A DNA stretch of 64,000 nt from Escherichia coli (GTDB lineage: Bacteria; Pseudomonadota; Gammaproteobacteria; Enterobacterales; Enterobacteriaceae): assembly GCF_009931435.1 (NCBI RefSeq), contig NZ_CP043414.1; one strand, written 5' to 3'. Below the pieces are notes generated by a model. It was not told the DNA's origin and did no database searches. It worked only from the letters and a program-made list of their open reading frames with translations. Made by a program: the position numbers and the translations under genes. Shown here in pieces: positions 46,480-54,540 of the stretch. Position 1 is the first letter of the stretch. Each line of letters opens with the position of its first letter.

Positions 46480-48471
46480 TTACTCAAGCAAGGTTAATAA
46501 TTGTTCGCAAAGCAAAACGCAGTTATTCATTGCTTCTCCCCGTGCCTCGCCTTCTGTATTACGAAATTGTCCCAACACATGTGCCAGCCGATAAAAACCC
46601 ATCGCGGTGAGTTCATTGACCAGCAACTCTGACTGACTAATGGCACTCTGTTCCTGATAGCGCCAGCCATTATGGAGCAGTTGAATAAGCAACGCCTGAC
46701 AGCGCATCAGTAACTGATGAGTGGTAGACGGTACAGGCAGAACGCTGGCAGAAGGTAGCGGTGTCACAGGCGCAGTTTCTGCGTCCAGTGCCCAGGCGCG
46801 GGTTTGCGTCATCATTACTCGTGGTTCCAGTGTCAATTGCCCCTCAGCAAAATTGATAAACCCAGAAACCAGACTAACGGGATCTTCTGTTTGTTGTAAT
46901 AGAGCTGCCATGCGTTCAACAGCAAAGGGCGCACTGGCTGAAGCTGGCAGTGATAACGTCAGCACATTATCTTCACCTTCGCCACTGATTACCTGCGCAT
47001 CCAGTGTCTGCCGACTGCTGTCCCAACCGAGTGAAATGCACTCTTCTACTGGCAGAATAAATAAGTTATCGACCTGGTTAAGCGGTCGTATGGCGGCTGG
47101 CGGACGTTGGCGTAAATATTCCCGCAAAGCCACAATGCCCGGCTGGCGCAGTGGTGCGCTCAACATTTGCCAGGCATCAGGCGACAGCGGAACAACACTG
47201 CTTAAGCGGTTGCGGGTAGCTAATAGCAACTCGCCATCGGCACTGCGTTTTGCTGCTTGTGAAACAATTTGCCCACCCGCCAGCGCGCCAGCCTGAAAAC
47301 TAAACAGCCGCCGTTTTGCCGCTGGAGAGTTATCCTGTTCACTTCTCGGCCAACTGCGCGAAAGATGCAAAATACTGCCGGTGTCGGGATCGGTGAACCA
47401 GATGCGTAAACCATACCGCTCATTATCCTGCCAGCAACGCATACCTAGTGACACCAGCCGCAAATGATCAAGCTTTGCTTCGCCAGCAATGCCTGCGCCA
47501 ACGACCGTGCGCCACGGTATGGGCGGTACTTCACCGACACTGTCACGTCGCGCTATCTCTTGTGCACTGTTCAAGCGACTGGTTAACGCCGCAAGCTGGC
47601 ACAAGCATTTTCCGGCATGATAGTGGCTGGCGCGGGCGTGGAAGGCATCAACGCTTGCCCGTAGCTGTCGTAGTGATTCACTTACCCAACGCCAGTTGCA
47701 GCGTTCCGCCGCTTGCTGCGCGCGGCTGAAAGCAGCCTCGTAATGAATAAGCGGCTGGCTGATCCCGCCCAGCCATAATGCCTGACTTAATTGCTGAACA
47801 TAGTGACGACATGCTTTACCTTCGTCGCTGGAAAACGGATCGTCAGATGATGTGACGTGTTCACTGTGCATCTGCCAGATCAAATGAGTAAATTCTGCTT
47901 GTTGATTTTTGGCCTCGACGAAGGCCTGCACAGCCAGTACTACGTGTTCACACAGCGTTCCTTCAATACAGTCACAACGGGCGAAACGAATGCTGCTGCG
48001 GGAATAAAAACGCACATCGCTCATCGGTAAGCGGGCAGAGGGAATTTCGCCCGGGGTGCAGAACAACTCAATGGTGATGCCTTTAGCGACCAGCGCCTGC
48101 GCGCGTTTGCGCGTGGTATTGGGCAGGGTAGCCAGTTCTTCCTGCCAGATTGCCGGATCCCACTCTTCTTCTTTTTCCGTAGGCTGGGCGGTGGCACAAA
48201 GTCGTTGATAACTTAACACCAGCATCACGCGATGACGGCACATGCCGCTGGCCCCGCAGCTGCATTGAGCCTCTTTCAGTGCCTGACTGTTCGCCAGCCG
48301 GGTACGGACACCGTCACTGAACGTGGCGATTAAAGCGCCGTTCTCATGGCAGATTTCCGGGACATTGCCATTTTCCAGTTCCTTAAGGCTGCGCTTCACA
48401 AAACCAGCATTGCTTAACGCCGTCAGGGCCTGCGGTGTCAGTTCTAATAATTCCGGACGTAGTGAATTCAT
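46480..48471 (-). CDS. yehQ: YehQ: protein with two SWIM-type zinc fingers (CxC-x5-C-x-H)
   Basis: Motifs CSCGASGMCRH and CDCIEGTLCEH seen in the translation; ATG overlaps the yehP stop. Confidence 0.8.
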   Translation of the reverse strand: MNSLRPELLELTPQALTALSNAGFVKRSLKELENGNVPEICHENGALIATFSDGVRTRLANSQALKEAQCSCGASGMCRHRVMLVLSYQRLCATAQPTEKEEEWDPAIWQEELATLPNTTRKRAQALVAKGITIELFCTPGEIPSARLPMSDVRFYSRSSIRFARCDCIEGTLCEHVVLAVQAFVEAKNQQAEFTHLIWQMHSEHVTSSDDPFSSDEGKACRHYVQQLSQALWLGGISQPLIHYEAAFSRAQQAAERCNWRWVSESLRQLRASVDAFHARASHYHAGKCLCQLAALTSRLNSAQEIARRDSVGEVPPIPWRTVVGAGIAGEAKLDHLRLVSLGMRCWQDNERYGLRIWFTDPDTGSILHLSRSWPRSEQDNSPAAKRRLFSFQAGALAGGQIVSQAAKRSADGELLLATRNRLSSVVPLSPDAWQMLSAPLRQPGIVALREYLRQRPPAAIRPLNQVDNLFILPVEECISLGWDSSRQTLDAQVISGEGEDNVLTLSLPASASAPFAVERMAALLQQTEDPVSLVSGFINFAEGQLTLEPRVMMTQTRAWALDAETAPVTPLPSASVLPVPSTTHQLLMRCQALLIQLLHNGWRYQEQSAISQSELLVNELTAMGFYRLAHVLGQFRNTEGEARGEAMNNCVLLCEQLLTLLE

Positions 48472-49604
48472 GACTGAAGATTCTCCGCAAGCCAGGTCGC
48501 CAGTTCGCCTGGCGTCATCGCGGCTATTTGTGCGCCGACATTTACCAGCGCCTGGGCTGTATCGCGGTCGTAGCAAGGTGTTGCGGTGCTATCGAGCGCT
48601 GCCAGTCCCAGCACTTTGATGCCGCTCTGGACACACTTTTTCACCTGATGCGTCAGCAATGATGATGAACCCCCTTCATAGAAATCGCTCACGAGGATAA
48701 TGACGCTTTTCGCTGGTTGTTCAATAAGTTGCCGACCATACTCCACGGCACTGGCGATATTGGTCCCGCCGCCCAGTTGTACTTTCATTAATAACTCTAC
48801 CGGATCAGCAACGTCTGCCGTGAGATCAACGACGCTGGTGTCAAAAGCGACCAGATGGGTGCGGATACCGGGTAACTGCCATAAACAGGCCGCCATCACC
48901 GCTGAGTGGATCACCGAATCGACCATTGATCCGCTTTGATCAACCAGTAACACCAGCTGCCATTGTTCGCTATGGCGTTTAATTCGGCTGTTAAAGCGGG
49001 GGGATTCGATATACAACTTGCCGTGTTGCGGGTGCCAGTGTTGCAGGTTGGCGCGCAGAGTACTTTTGAAATCGAAATTACGCGCCAGTGGAATAAATGA
49101 GCGGCGACGGCGATCGCGTACACCTGAAAAAGCCTGACGAACTTCCTTTGCCAGTCGCGCCATAATTTCTTCAACAACCTGGCGCACTATCCGGCGGGCG
49201 GCAGCCAGCACTTCGGGATTCATCAGATGTTTGGTGTGCAAAACGGCGCGTAGCAGGCTTTCAGAGGGCTGCATACGTTCCAGCACGTCGAGATTCGTCA
49301 CCACATCTTCAATGCCGTAGCGCAGTACGGCATCGCTTTCCAGCCGCTCAATCACCTGTTGCGGGAACAGCGTGTGAATACTGTTGATCCAATCAGGGGT
49401 GGTGAGATTTGAGCCACCTAATCCACCGGAGCGTTCACCACGCTGGAGCCGTTCAGGGTCGCGCCCGTACAGCCACTCCAGCGCGTGGTCTATCCGCCGG
49501 GCGTTGTCATCCAGCCCACAAAGCGTCGTTTCTGCCGCTTCGCCAAGAATTAATCGCCAGCGTTGTAGCTCACGAGTGGTCAGAAGATCGTTCAGTTCAG
49601 ACAT
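48468..49604 (-). CDS. yehP: YehP: von Willebrand factor A (vWA) domain protein
   Basis: 378-aa product from MSELNDLL; MIDAS motif DQSGSMVDS; overlaps yehM by 8 nt. Confidence 0.85.
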   Translation of the reverse strand: MSELNDLLTTRELQRWRLILGEAAETTLCGLDDNARRIDHALEWLYGRDPERLQRGERSGGLGGSNLTTPDWINSIHTLFPQQVIERLESDAVLRYGIEDVVTNLDVLERMQPSESLLRAVLHTKHLMNPEVLAAARRIVRQVVEEIMARLAKEVRQAFSGVRDRRRRSFIPLARNFDFKSTLRANLQHWHPQHGKLYIESPRFNSRIKRHSEQWQLVLLVDQSGSMVDSVIHSAVMAACLWQLPGIRTHLVAFDTSVVDLTADVADPVELLMKVQLGGGTNIASAVEYGRQLIEQPAKSVIILVSDFYEGGSSSLLTHQVKKCVQSGIKVLGLAALDSTATPCYDRDTAQALVNVGAQIAAMTPGELATWLAENLQS

Positions 49605-51876
49605 GGAAAACTCCCCAGTGTTGCAGTGATGCCAGTGCCTGCTGTTCGAGTTGTTGATGATGTGCAATGGCTTGCGGTGGGCAATGCAACGGCATTTGCA
49701 GCGCCGAAACGGGAAGCTGAGCGAGCTGGTAATGCTCAAGCACCTGATGCGCCAGCGTCCCGCGTTCTCGTGGCGGTAGCCAGGCCATCGCCGCGCGCAA
49801 ATCGGGCAGGGCGTTAATAAAATCGGCGTCACTCAGTTGATTCAAATGGCTGCTGAAACCGGCGATAAATGCAGGCTGACTGGCCAGTTGATGGCGGGCT
49901 AATGCCAGCAAACCGTGCAGCGCCTCGCCAGATTGTGCCGGGGATAATTGTGCCAGCATCGTCAGCGCCGCTTCGGCACTGGCGTTGGGATGTTCCAGAC
50001 GCATCAGCGCGCCAAGGGCCGCACCGCGATCCAGCGCTGGGGCATGAATCGCCTGACTGCGACGTTCCAGTAAGGCTACCGCCGCAGAAAGCGAAACGCC
50101 GGGTAAATTAACGCCGCTATTTAGATCGCGCAGGATATGGCAAAGCGCCTGCCAGCTATGCAGGTGAGCGTGAAACTCCTTCTCATCCGGCCTGCCGTTG
50201 GATTCACATAGCCACAGTGTGCGATCGATAGCCGCGTATAACGTCGTCTGTAATATCTGCGCGCCTTGCATACCGCTGATTTCATCGAGCTGCCACAAGG
50301 CGTAAAGCACTTCCAGCGCCTGGCCCATTTCGGCAAACTGATTTTCCTGGGCGATTAATAATGTGAGTTGTTCCAGTAATTGCTGACTGAAGGACGCCAG
50401 ACCCGCTAACGCTGCCTGGCTAAGACATGTGGTGATGCCGCTGATTCCACCCGCGTCCAGCATATCGGCTTCTAATTTATTGCGTGCGGCCTCCTGGAGT
50501 GTGGCACCAAAGCAGGCGGCTTCAATCAATGCCGCATGTTGGCTAAGTGGCTGGGTTAATGTCCAGCGTTCTTCACCGTTGCCCGCCAGCGTCAGTGTAC
50601 TTCCGTGCTGGCGCACAATGCCGGGAATCTCCAGTATTGCCAACCGATGTAGCACCTGACTTTGCGCCAGTCCATCGGGGGTAAAGCGATTTAAGGTAAG
50701 CTCCGCCGGAAGAGAGATTCCGGTACGTTCCAGTTCGCAGGTGACATCTTTTGGCAGAGGTGGCTGTGGCGTCGAGGGGGCAAGTTTACCGAATCCGTCA
50801 CCTGCTAATGTGTCTATCAACGTTACCAGTATCGGATCGGTATCGGGATGAATAACGCCGCGATAGCTCCACGGCAACGGCGCGTTCAGGGCTTCTTTGA
50901 TCAGCGAGCCTGCTATAGCATCCAGCCAGTCAGTGCGTAACGGTAGTGTATGACCGCGCAACTGTGCCAGTGCCATCGCATGCAGATGAGCGGCAGCCAT
51001 ATCCGCTGTTGAAGCAGGCAAGTGGTGCTGGCGCAAACGGGTAAGAACCGTTTTTAGTAGTTGTTCACCTGCCTGCTGCAAGCCCCACCGCCAGCACCAG
51101 TTTTGCCAGACCGGGGCAGGCATTCCTGAAAGGTATCCTGCCAGCACATCAAGGCGCTTTTCACTGTATGGCGTGAGATAGCAACCTGTAACGGCATCAT
51201 CCTGTGAGAGCAATTCTGGCTTGTTAATTTCTTGCGGGCATTCGCGCCACATTTTTGCAAGTGCCGGAGCGTGCCAGCCTCCGCAGACGACTAATACGTC
51301 GCCATTATTTTGCTGCATCGCCCATGCAATCCAGCGGGCCATAAAGGCTTCGCGCTGACGATTGAGTGCATCGCCGGAGGCGTCGCCCCGCAGTTGTGCA
51401 AAATAGTGCGCCAGTGCAGAGGGTAATATAGTTTGCTGGCTTTCATCTTCGAACAGGTGATCCCACAGAGTGTCGCTGTTATCCATACGAGTGGCACGCA
51501 GCAACAAAGCCTGGCTTTCCTCTTGCGTACCGGGTGACTCGTCCTCTTCTTCACTCTGCGCCCAGCAAGGCAAATCGATGAAGTAAGTTTGTGCCTGAAT
51601 ACGACGTGCGGCTTGTAGCGCCTGCCACTCCGGCGAAAATTCAGCAAATGGCGTCCAGGCACCACGCCCGGGGGCCGCACCGTCCTGATACTGGCAATAA
51701 CTGTAAATAGCTACCGGAAGCTGGTGGGCTAACAACAGTTCGTCTACCCGGTCATTAAAATCAGCCGGGCCTTCAATCAACACGTATCGTGGCCGCTGGC
51801 TTTCGATTAACGATTTCACCAGCCGGGCGCAGGCCGGACTATGATGCCGGATGCCGACAATTAACGGCTCGCTCAT
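49597..51876 (-). CDS. yehM: YehM: large protein of unknown function
   Basis: 759-aa product from MSEPLIVGIRHH; no recognisable catalytic motif by eye. Confidence 0.8.
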   Translation of the reverse strand: MSEPLIVGIRHHSPACARLVKSLIESQRPRYVLIEGPADFNDRVDELLLAHQLPVAIYSYCQYQDGAAPGRGAWTPFAEFSPEWQALQAARRIQAQTYFIDLPCWAQSEEEDESPGTQEESQALLLRATRMDNSDTLWDHLFEDESQQTILPSALAHYFAQLRGDASGDALNRQREAFMARWIAWAMQQNNGDVLVVCGGWHAPALAKMWRECPQEINKPELLSQDDAVTGCYLTPYSEKRLDVLAGYLSGMPAPVWQNWCWRWGLQQAGEQLLKTVLTRLRQHHLPASTADMAAAHLHAMALAQLRGHTLPLRTDWLDAIAGSLIKEALNAPLPWSYRGVIHPDTDPILVTLIDTLAGDGFGKLAPSTPQPPLPKDVTCELERTGISLPAELTLNRFTPDGLAQSQVLHRLAILEIPGIVRQHGSTLTLAGNGEERWTLTQPLSQHAALIEAACFGATLQEAARNKLEADMLDAGGISGITTCLSQAALAGLASFSQQLLEQLTLLIAQENQFAEMGQALEVLYALWQLDEISGMQGAQILQTTLYAAIDRTLWLCESNGRPDEKEFHAHLHSWQALCHILRDLNSGVNLPGVSLSAAVALLERRSQAIHAPALDRGAALGALMRLEHPNASAEAALTMLAQLSPAQSGEALHGLLALARHQLASQPAFIAGFSSHLNQLSDADFINALPDLRAAMAWLPPRERGTLAHQVLEHYQLAQLPVSALQMPLHCPPQAIAHHQQLEQQALASLQHWGVFHV

Positions 51877-51886
51877 GCATCTTTCC

Positions 51887-52975
51887 TCACGGCAGGCGGT
51901 GGCGAGCTTGATAATAAGCCTGCCAGTGAGCTTCTTTATGTGTAGCGACACGTTGTTCGAAGTAACGGCGCAGACGTGCGCGATCTTCTTCGTTATCTTT
52001 GACGATGGTTCCGGCAATACAGTCCACCAGGTCGGCTGGCTCCCCCGCGCGATTCGCTAAAAACCAGGCGCGGACGCCCACGGCGTGGGCCACGTTAACG
52101 GCTTCAGCGGTGGACATAATCGCTGTAAAGGTATCCATTGAGGTTTTCTTTTCGCCGTTGGCACGCAGATCGCGGAAGGTGCGGACCAGTAACTCCAGTA
52201 CCGCGTCAGGCACTTTATGCGGAATGCCACTATGGGCCAATAAACGCGCCGAAGCACTGGCGACCAGTTCCAGTTCCTGGGCGAAATCCATAATCGGAAA
52301 GACAGTTTCAAAATCGAATCGACGTTTTAGTGCCGCGCTCATTTCATTAACGCCGCGATCGCGGGTATTGGCAGTGGCAATAATATTAAAGCCTTCTCGC
52401 GCATAGAGCTGACTGGCTTCACCAGTGAGTTCCGGCACCGTCATAACCCTGTCAGAAAGCATACCTAACAGACAGTCTTGTACTTCCAGTGGTGTACGCG
52501 TTATCTCTTCAAAACGGACAATTTTGCCGTCGCGCATTCCCTGGTAGAGCGGGGCAGGGACCAGCGCTTCCGTTGACGGACCATGATTAATAAGCAGGGC
52601 GTAGTTCCAGCCGTACTTGATTTGATCTTCGGTGGTAGATGCGCCGCCCTGGATAGTTAACCCAGCATCGCCGCTAATAGCGGTTGCCAGTAATTCAGAC
52701 AGGAGCGATTTTGCGGTGCCTGGTTCCCCCACCAACATCAAACCGCGCCCGGTAGCAAGAGTGACTAACATGCGTTCGACAGCGGAGGGACTAATCACGA
52801 CTTTACGGCTGATATTTTGCGCGCTATCGCCAAGAATAAAAGAACGGGCCGCAGGCAAACTTAACTGCCAACCGGGCGGGCAAGGTGCGTGATCATTTTG
52901 TTTTAATTTTGCCAGTTCATCGGCGTATAACACAGCGGCAGGTGGACGCTGCAGATGATTATTCTGCGGTGACAT
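51887..52975 (-). CDS. yehL: YehL: MoxR-type AAA+ ATPase
   Basis: 362-aa product from MSPQNNHL; Walker A GEPGTAKS; first gene of the yehLMPQ operon. Confidence 0.85.
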   Translation of the reverse strand: MSPQNNHLQRPPAAVLYADELAKLKQNDHAPCPPGWQLSLPAARSFILGDSAQNISRKVVISPSAVERMLVTLATGRGLMLVGEPGTAKSLLSELLATAISGDAGLTIQGGASTTEDQIKYGWNYALLINHGPSTEALVPAPLYQGMRDGKIVRFEEITRTPLEVQDCLLGMLSDRVMTVPELTGEASQLYAREGFNIIATANTRDRGVNEMSAALKRRFDFETVFPIMDFAQELELVASASARLLAHSGIPHKVPDAVLELLVRTFRDLRANGEKKTSMDTFTAIMSTAEAVNVAHAVGVRAWFLANRAGEPADLVDCIAGTIVKDNEEDRARLRRYFEQRVATHKEAHWQAYYQARHRLP

Positions 52976-53086
52976 ATATTCATCCCTGAAATGTATTAAT
53001 GAAATAAAAGATATTTTACGCGCAATAAATGTTTGGCGCATTAGTTGTTTGAGCGGAAAATATCTGGAAAGCAGATCACAGTAAAT

Positions 53087-53169
53087 AAAAAAACCTGCTG
53101 GTGAGGCAGGTTCTTTTATTTACTACTTTCAGGCCTAACACCACGGCCTGTGCAACATCGTGTTCCAAC
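53087..53169 (-). ncRNA. orzO: Predicted antitoxin sRNA (OrzO-like), about 83 nt
   Basis: Minus-strand -10 TATAAT at 53176-53181 and -35 TTGCAA at 53199-53204; intrinsic terminator hairpin plus U7 at 53087-53111; 5' region (53151-53169) is near-complementary to the zorO 5' UTR (53317-53335). Boundaries inferred. Confidence 0.4.
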
Positions 53170-53175
53170 GAACGA

Positions 53176-53226
53176 ATTATAACCACCGCTGGACCCCGTT
53201 GCAATTAAGATAATGAGATTTATAAT
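53176..53226. promoter_or_regulatory. Back-to-back divergent sigma70 promoters sharing a palindromic -35 TTGCAA (53199-53204): rightward -10 TATAAT 53221-53226 (zorO), leftward -10 53176-53181 (orzO)
   Basis: Spacers of 16 and 17 bp seen directly; predicted zorO transcription start near 53234 gives a 174-nt leader. Confidence 0.5.
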
Positions 53227-53407
53227 CCTGACAGTTGGGAGGTTGCGCCGGATCGAACCAATTTCAAGTCCTGGCTACCGGACGGGTGGTGCTGCAGGTG
53301 GTGCCCTGATCCGGAGTGCAACATCGTGGTCCAACATACGTAAACCAGTATCGACAGGCAGTGTAAGGGTAAGGTGCTGGTGTTGCGCTCCTTAATAAGG
53401 AGAGCGG

Positions 53408-53497
53408 ATGGACACGCTGACACAAAAGTTAACCGTGCTCATTGCCGTACTGGAGTTATTAGTGGCTCTGTTACGGTTGATTGATTTGTTGAAGTAA
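53408..53497 (+). CDS. zorO: Type I toxin, 29-aa hydrophobic peptide MDTLTQKLTVLIAVLELLVALLRLIDLLK (ZorO-like, Ldr-related)
   Basis: Hand-translated small ORF with a single transmembrane helix, long structured leader and intrinsic terminator; matches my recollection of ZorO. Confidence 0.7.
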   Translation: MDTLTQKLTVLIAVLELLVALLRLIDLLK

Positions 53498-53518
53498 CGG
53501 GCAAATTGAAACGCATCT

Positions 53519-53550
53519 AAGGGGGAAAATACCGCTTCCCCCTTTAATAA
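53519..53550 (+). terminator. Intrinsic terminator of zorO (aagggggaa-aataccgc-ttccccctt + T-rich)
   Basis: 9-bp G/C-rich stem seen in sequence. Confidence 0.6.
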
Positions 53551-53683
53551 AATGATTACTGTTTTTAATAATTCATCATATAACTCATTTTTATTTATAA
53601 ATTCATCGATTTTATATTCAACGCACCATTTGACCGGGATGTAAATATTTATGGTGGGCTATTGGCAAAAAATATCTGGAAAG

Positions 53684-53779
53684 TAGATCGCAGAAAATAA
53701 AAGAACCTGCTGGTGAGGCAGGTTCTTTTATTTACTACAGTGACGCTAACTTGCTGATTGTGCAACATTTCGTACCAAC
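53684..53779 (-). ncRNA. orzP: Predicted antitoxin sRNA, second copy (OrzP-like)
   Basis: Same architecture as copy 1: -10 at 53786-53791, shared -35 at 53809-53814, terminator hairpin 53694-53714; pairing region 53762-53779 matches the zorP leader 53928-53945. Confidence 0.4.
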
Positions 53780-53785
53780 GAATAA

Positions 53786-53836
53786 ATTATAACCATATCC
53801 ACACTCCATTGCAATTCAGTGAATGAGATTTATAAT
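53786..53836. promoter_or_regulatory. Divergent promoter pair of copy 2 (shared -35 TTGCAA 53809-53814; -10 elements 53831-53836 and 53786-53791)
   Basis: Identical geometry to copy 1. Confidence 0.5.
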
Positions 53837-54017
53837 CCTGCCCGTTGGGAGGTTGTGCCGGATCGGACCAATTTTAAGTCCTGGCTGCCGGACGGGTGGT
53901 GCCGCAGGCGGTGCCCTGATCCGGAGAGCAACGTTTCGTACCAACATACGTAAACCAGTATCGACAGGCAGTGTAAGGGTAAGGTGCTGGTGTTGCGCTC
54001 CTTAATAAGGAGAGCGG

Positions 54018-54107
54018 ATGGACACGCTGACACAAAAGTTAACCGTGCTCATTGCTGTACTGGAGCTATTAGTGGCTCTGTTACGGTTGATTGATTTGTT
54101 GAAGTAA
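54018..54107 (+). CDS. zorP: Type I toxin, second copy; identical 29-aa peptide with synonymous changes (ZorP-like)
   Basis: Hand-translated; 174-nt leader from the predicted transcription start near 53844. Confidence 0.7.
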   Translation: MDTLTQKLTVLIAVLELLVALLRLIDLLK

Positions 54108-54128
54108 CGGGCAAATTGAAACGCATCT

Positions 54129-54160
54129 AAGGGGGAATACCGTTTCCCCCTTTAATAAAG
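54129..54160. terminator. Bidirectional hairpin terminator (aagggggaa...ttccccctt) between zorP and convergent yehK
   Basis: Stem-loop seen in sequence, flanked by T-rich tracts on both strands. Confidence 0.55.
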
Positions 54161-54481
54161 CTATTTTTCTATTTGTTGGATGAATATATTTTGTAGTTCA
54201 CGATTAAAAATTGCTATTACAGTTTTAGGTGATTCACCTCGTAATTTACGCTCATCAATAAATTCATCTCTTATATAAATCAACGCATCATTTATTAGCG
54301 GGTCGACATCTTCTCGATCACGTTGATGAAATGTTGGATGTAGCCGGAATCGCTCCAACCGGTAGACGGAACCAGTAAATAATTCAGAGCGTTTATGGAC
54401 CTCAAGTCTGAAGGAAAACGGATCTTCAGGTACAGGGTCCTCATAATCGTAAATAGCGACCAGCTCTTTTTGCACGATCAT
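54161..54481 (-). CDS. yehK: Small hypothetical protein (106 aa), probably YehK
   Basis: ORF at the position expected for yehK between yehL and yehI; identity by synteny and size only. Confidence 0.55.
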   Translation of the reverse strand: MIVQKELVAIYDYEDPVPEDPFSFRLEVHKRSELFTGSVYRLERFRLHPTFHQRDREDVDPLINDALIYIRDEFIDERKLRGESPKTVIAIFNRELQNIFIQQIEK

Positions 54482-54540
54482 CGCTTTCCCGTTGGTAAGT
54501 CGTGTTGAAAACGGGCAGTCGCATCACTGCCCGTTGTGTT

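Larger units (their letters stand above)
53057..53545. repeat. Tandem duplication unit 1 (about 490 bp) carrying orzO-like sRNA, promoters and zorO-like toxin gene
   Basis: Near-identical to 53659-54155 by eye, about 90% identity, offset about 605 bp. Confidence 0.85.
53659..54155. repeat. Tandem duplication unit 2 (orzP/zorP-like copy)
   Basis: Second copy of the about 490-bp unit. Confidence 0.85.

Noticed and set aside
53213-53423. 60-aa and 67-aa ORFs on both strands (repeated at 53823-54033)
   Set aside because: They lie within the toxin 5' leader and sRNA region and recur only because of the tandem duplication; the real coding gene is the 29-codon toxin ORF downstream.
53057-54155. 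Possible CRISPR array suggested by repeated sequence
   Set aside because: Only two copies of a roughly 490-bp unit with genes inside; there is no short repeat-spacer periodicity and no cas genes in the window.
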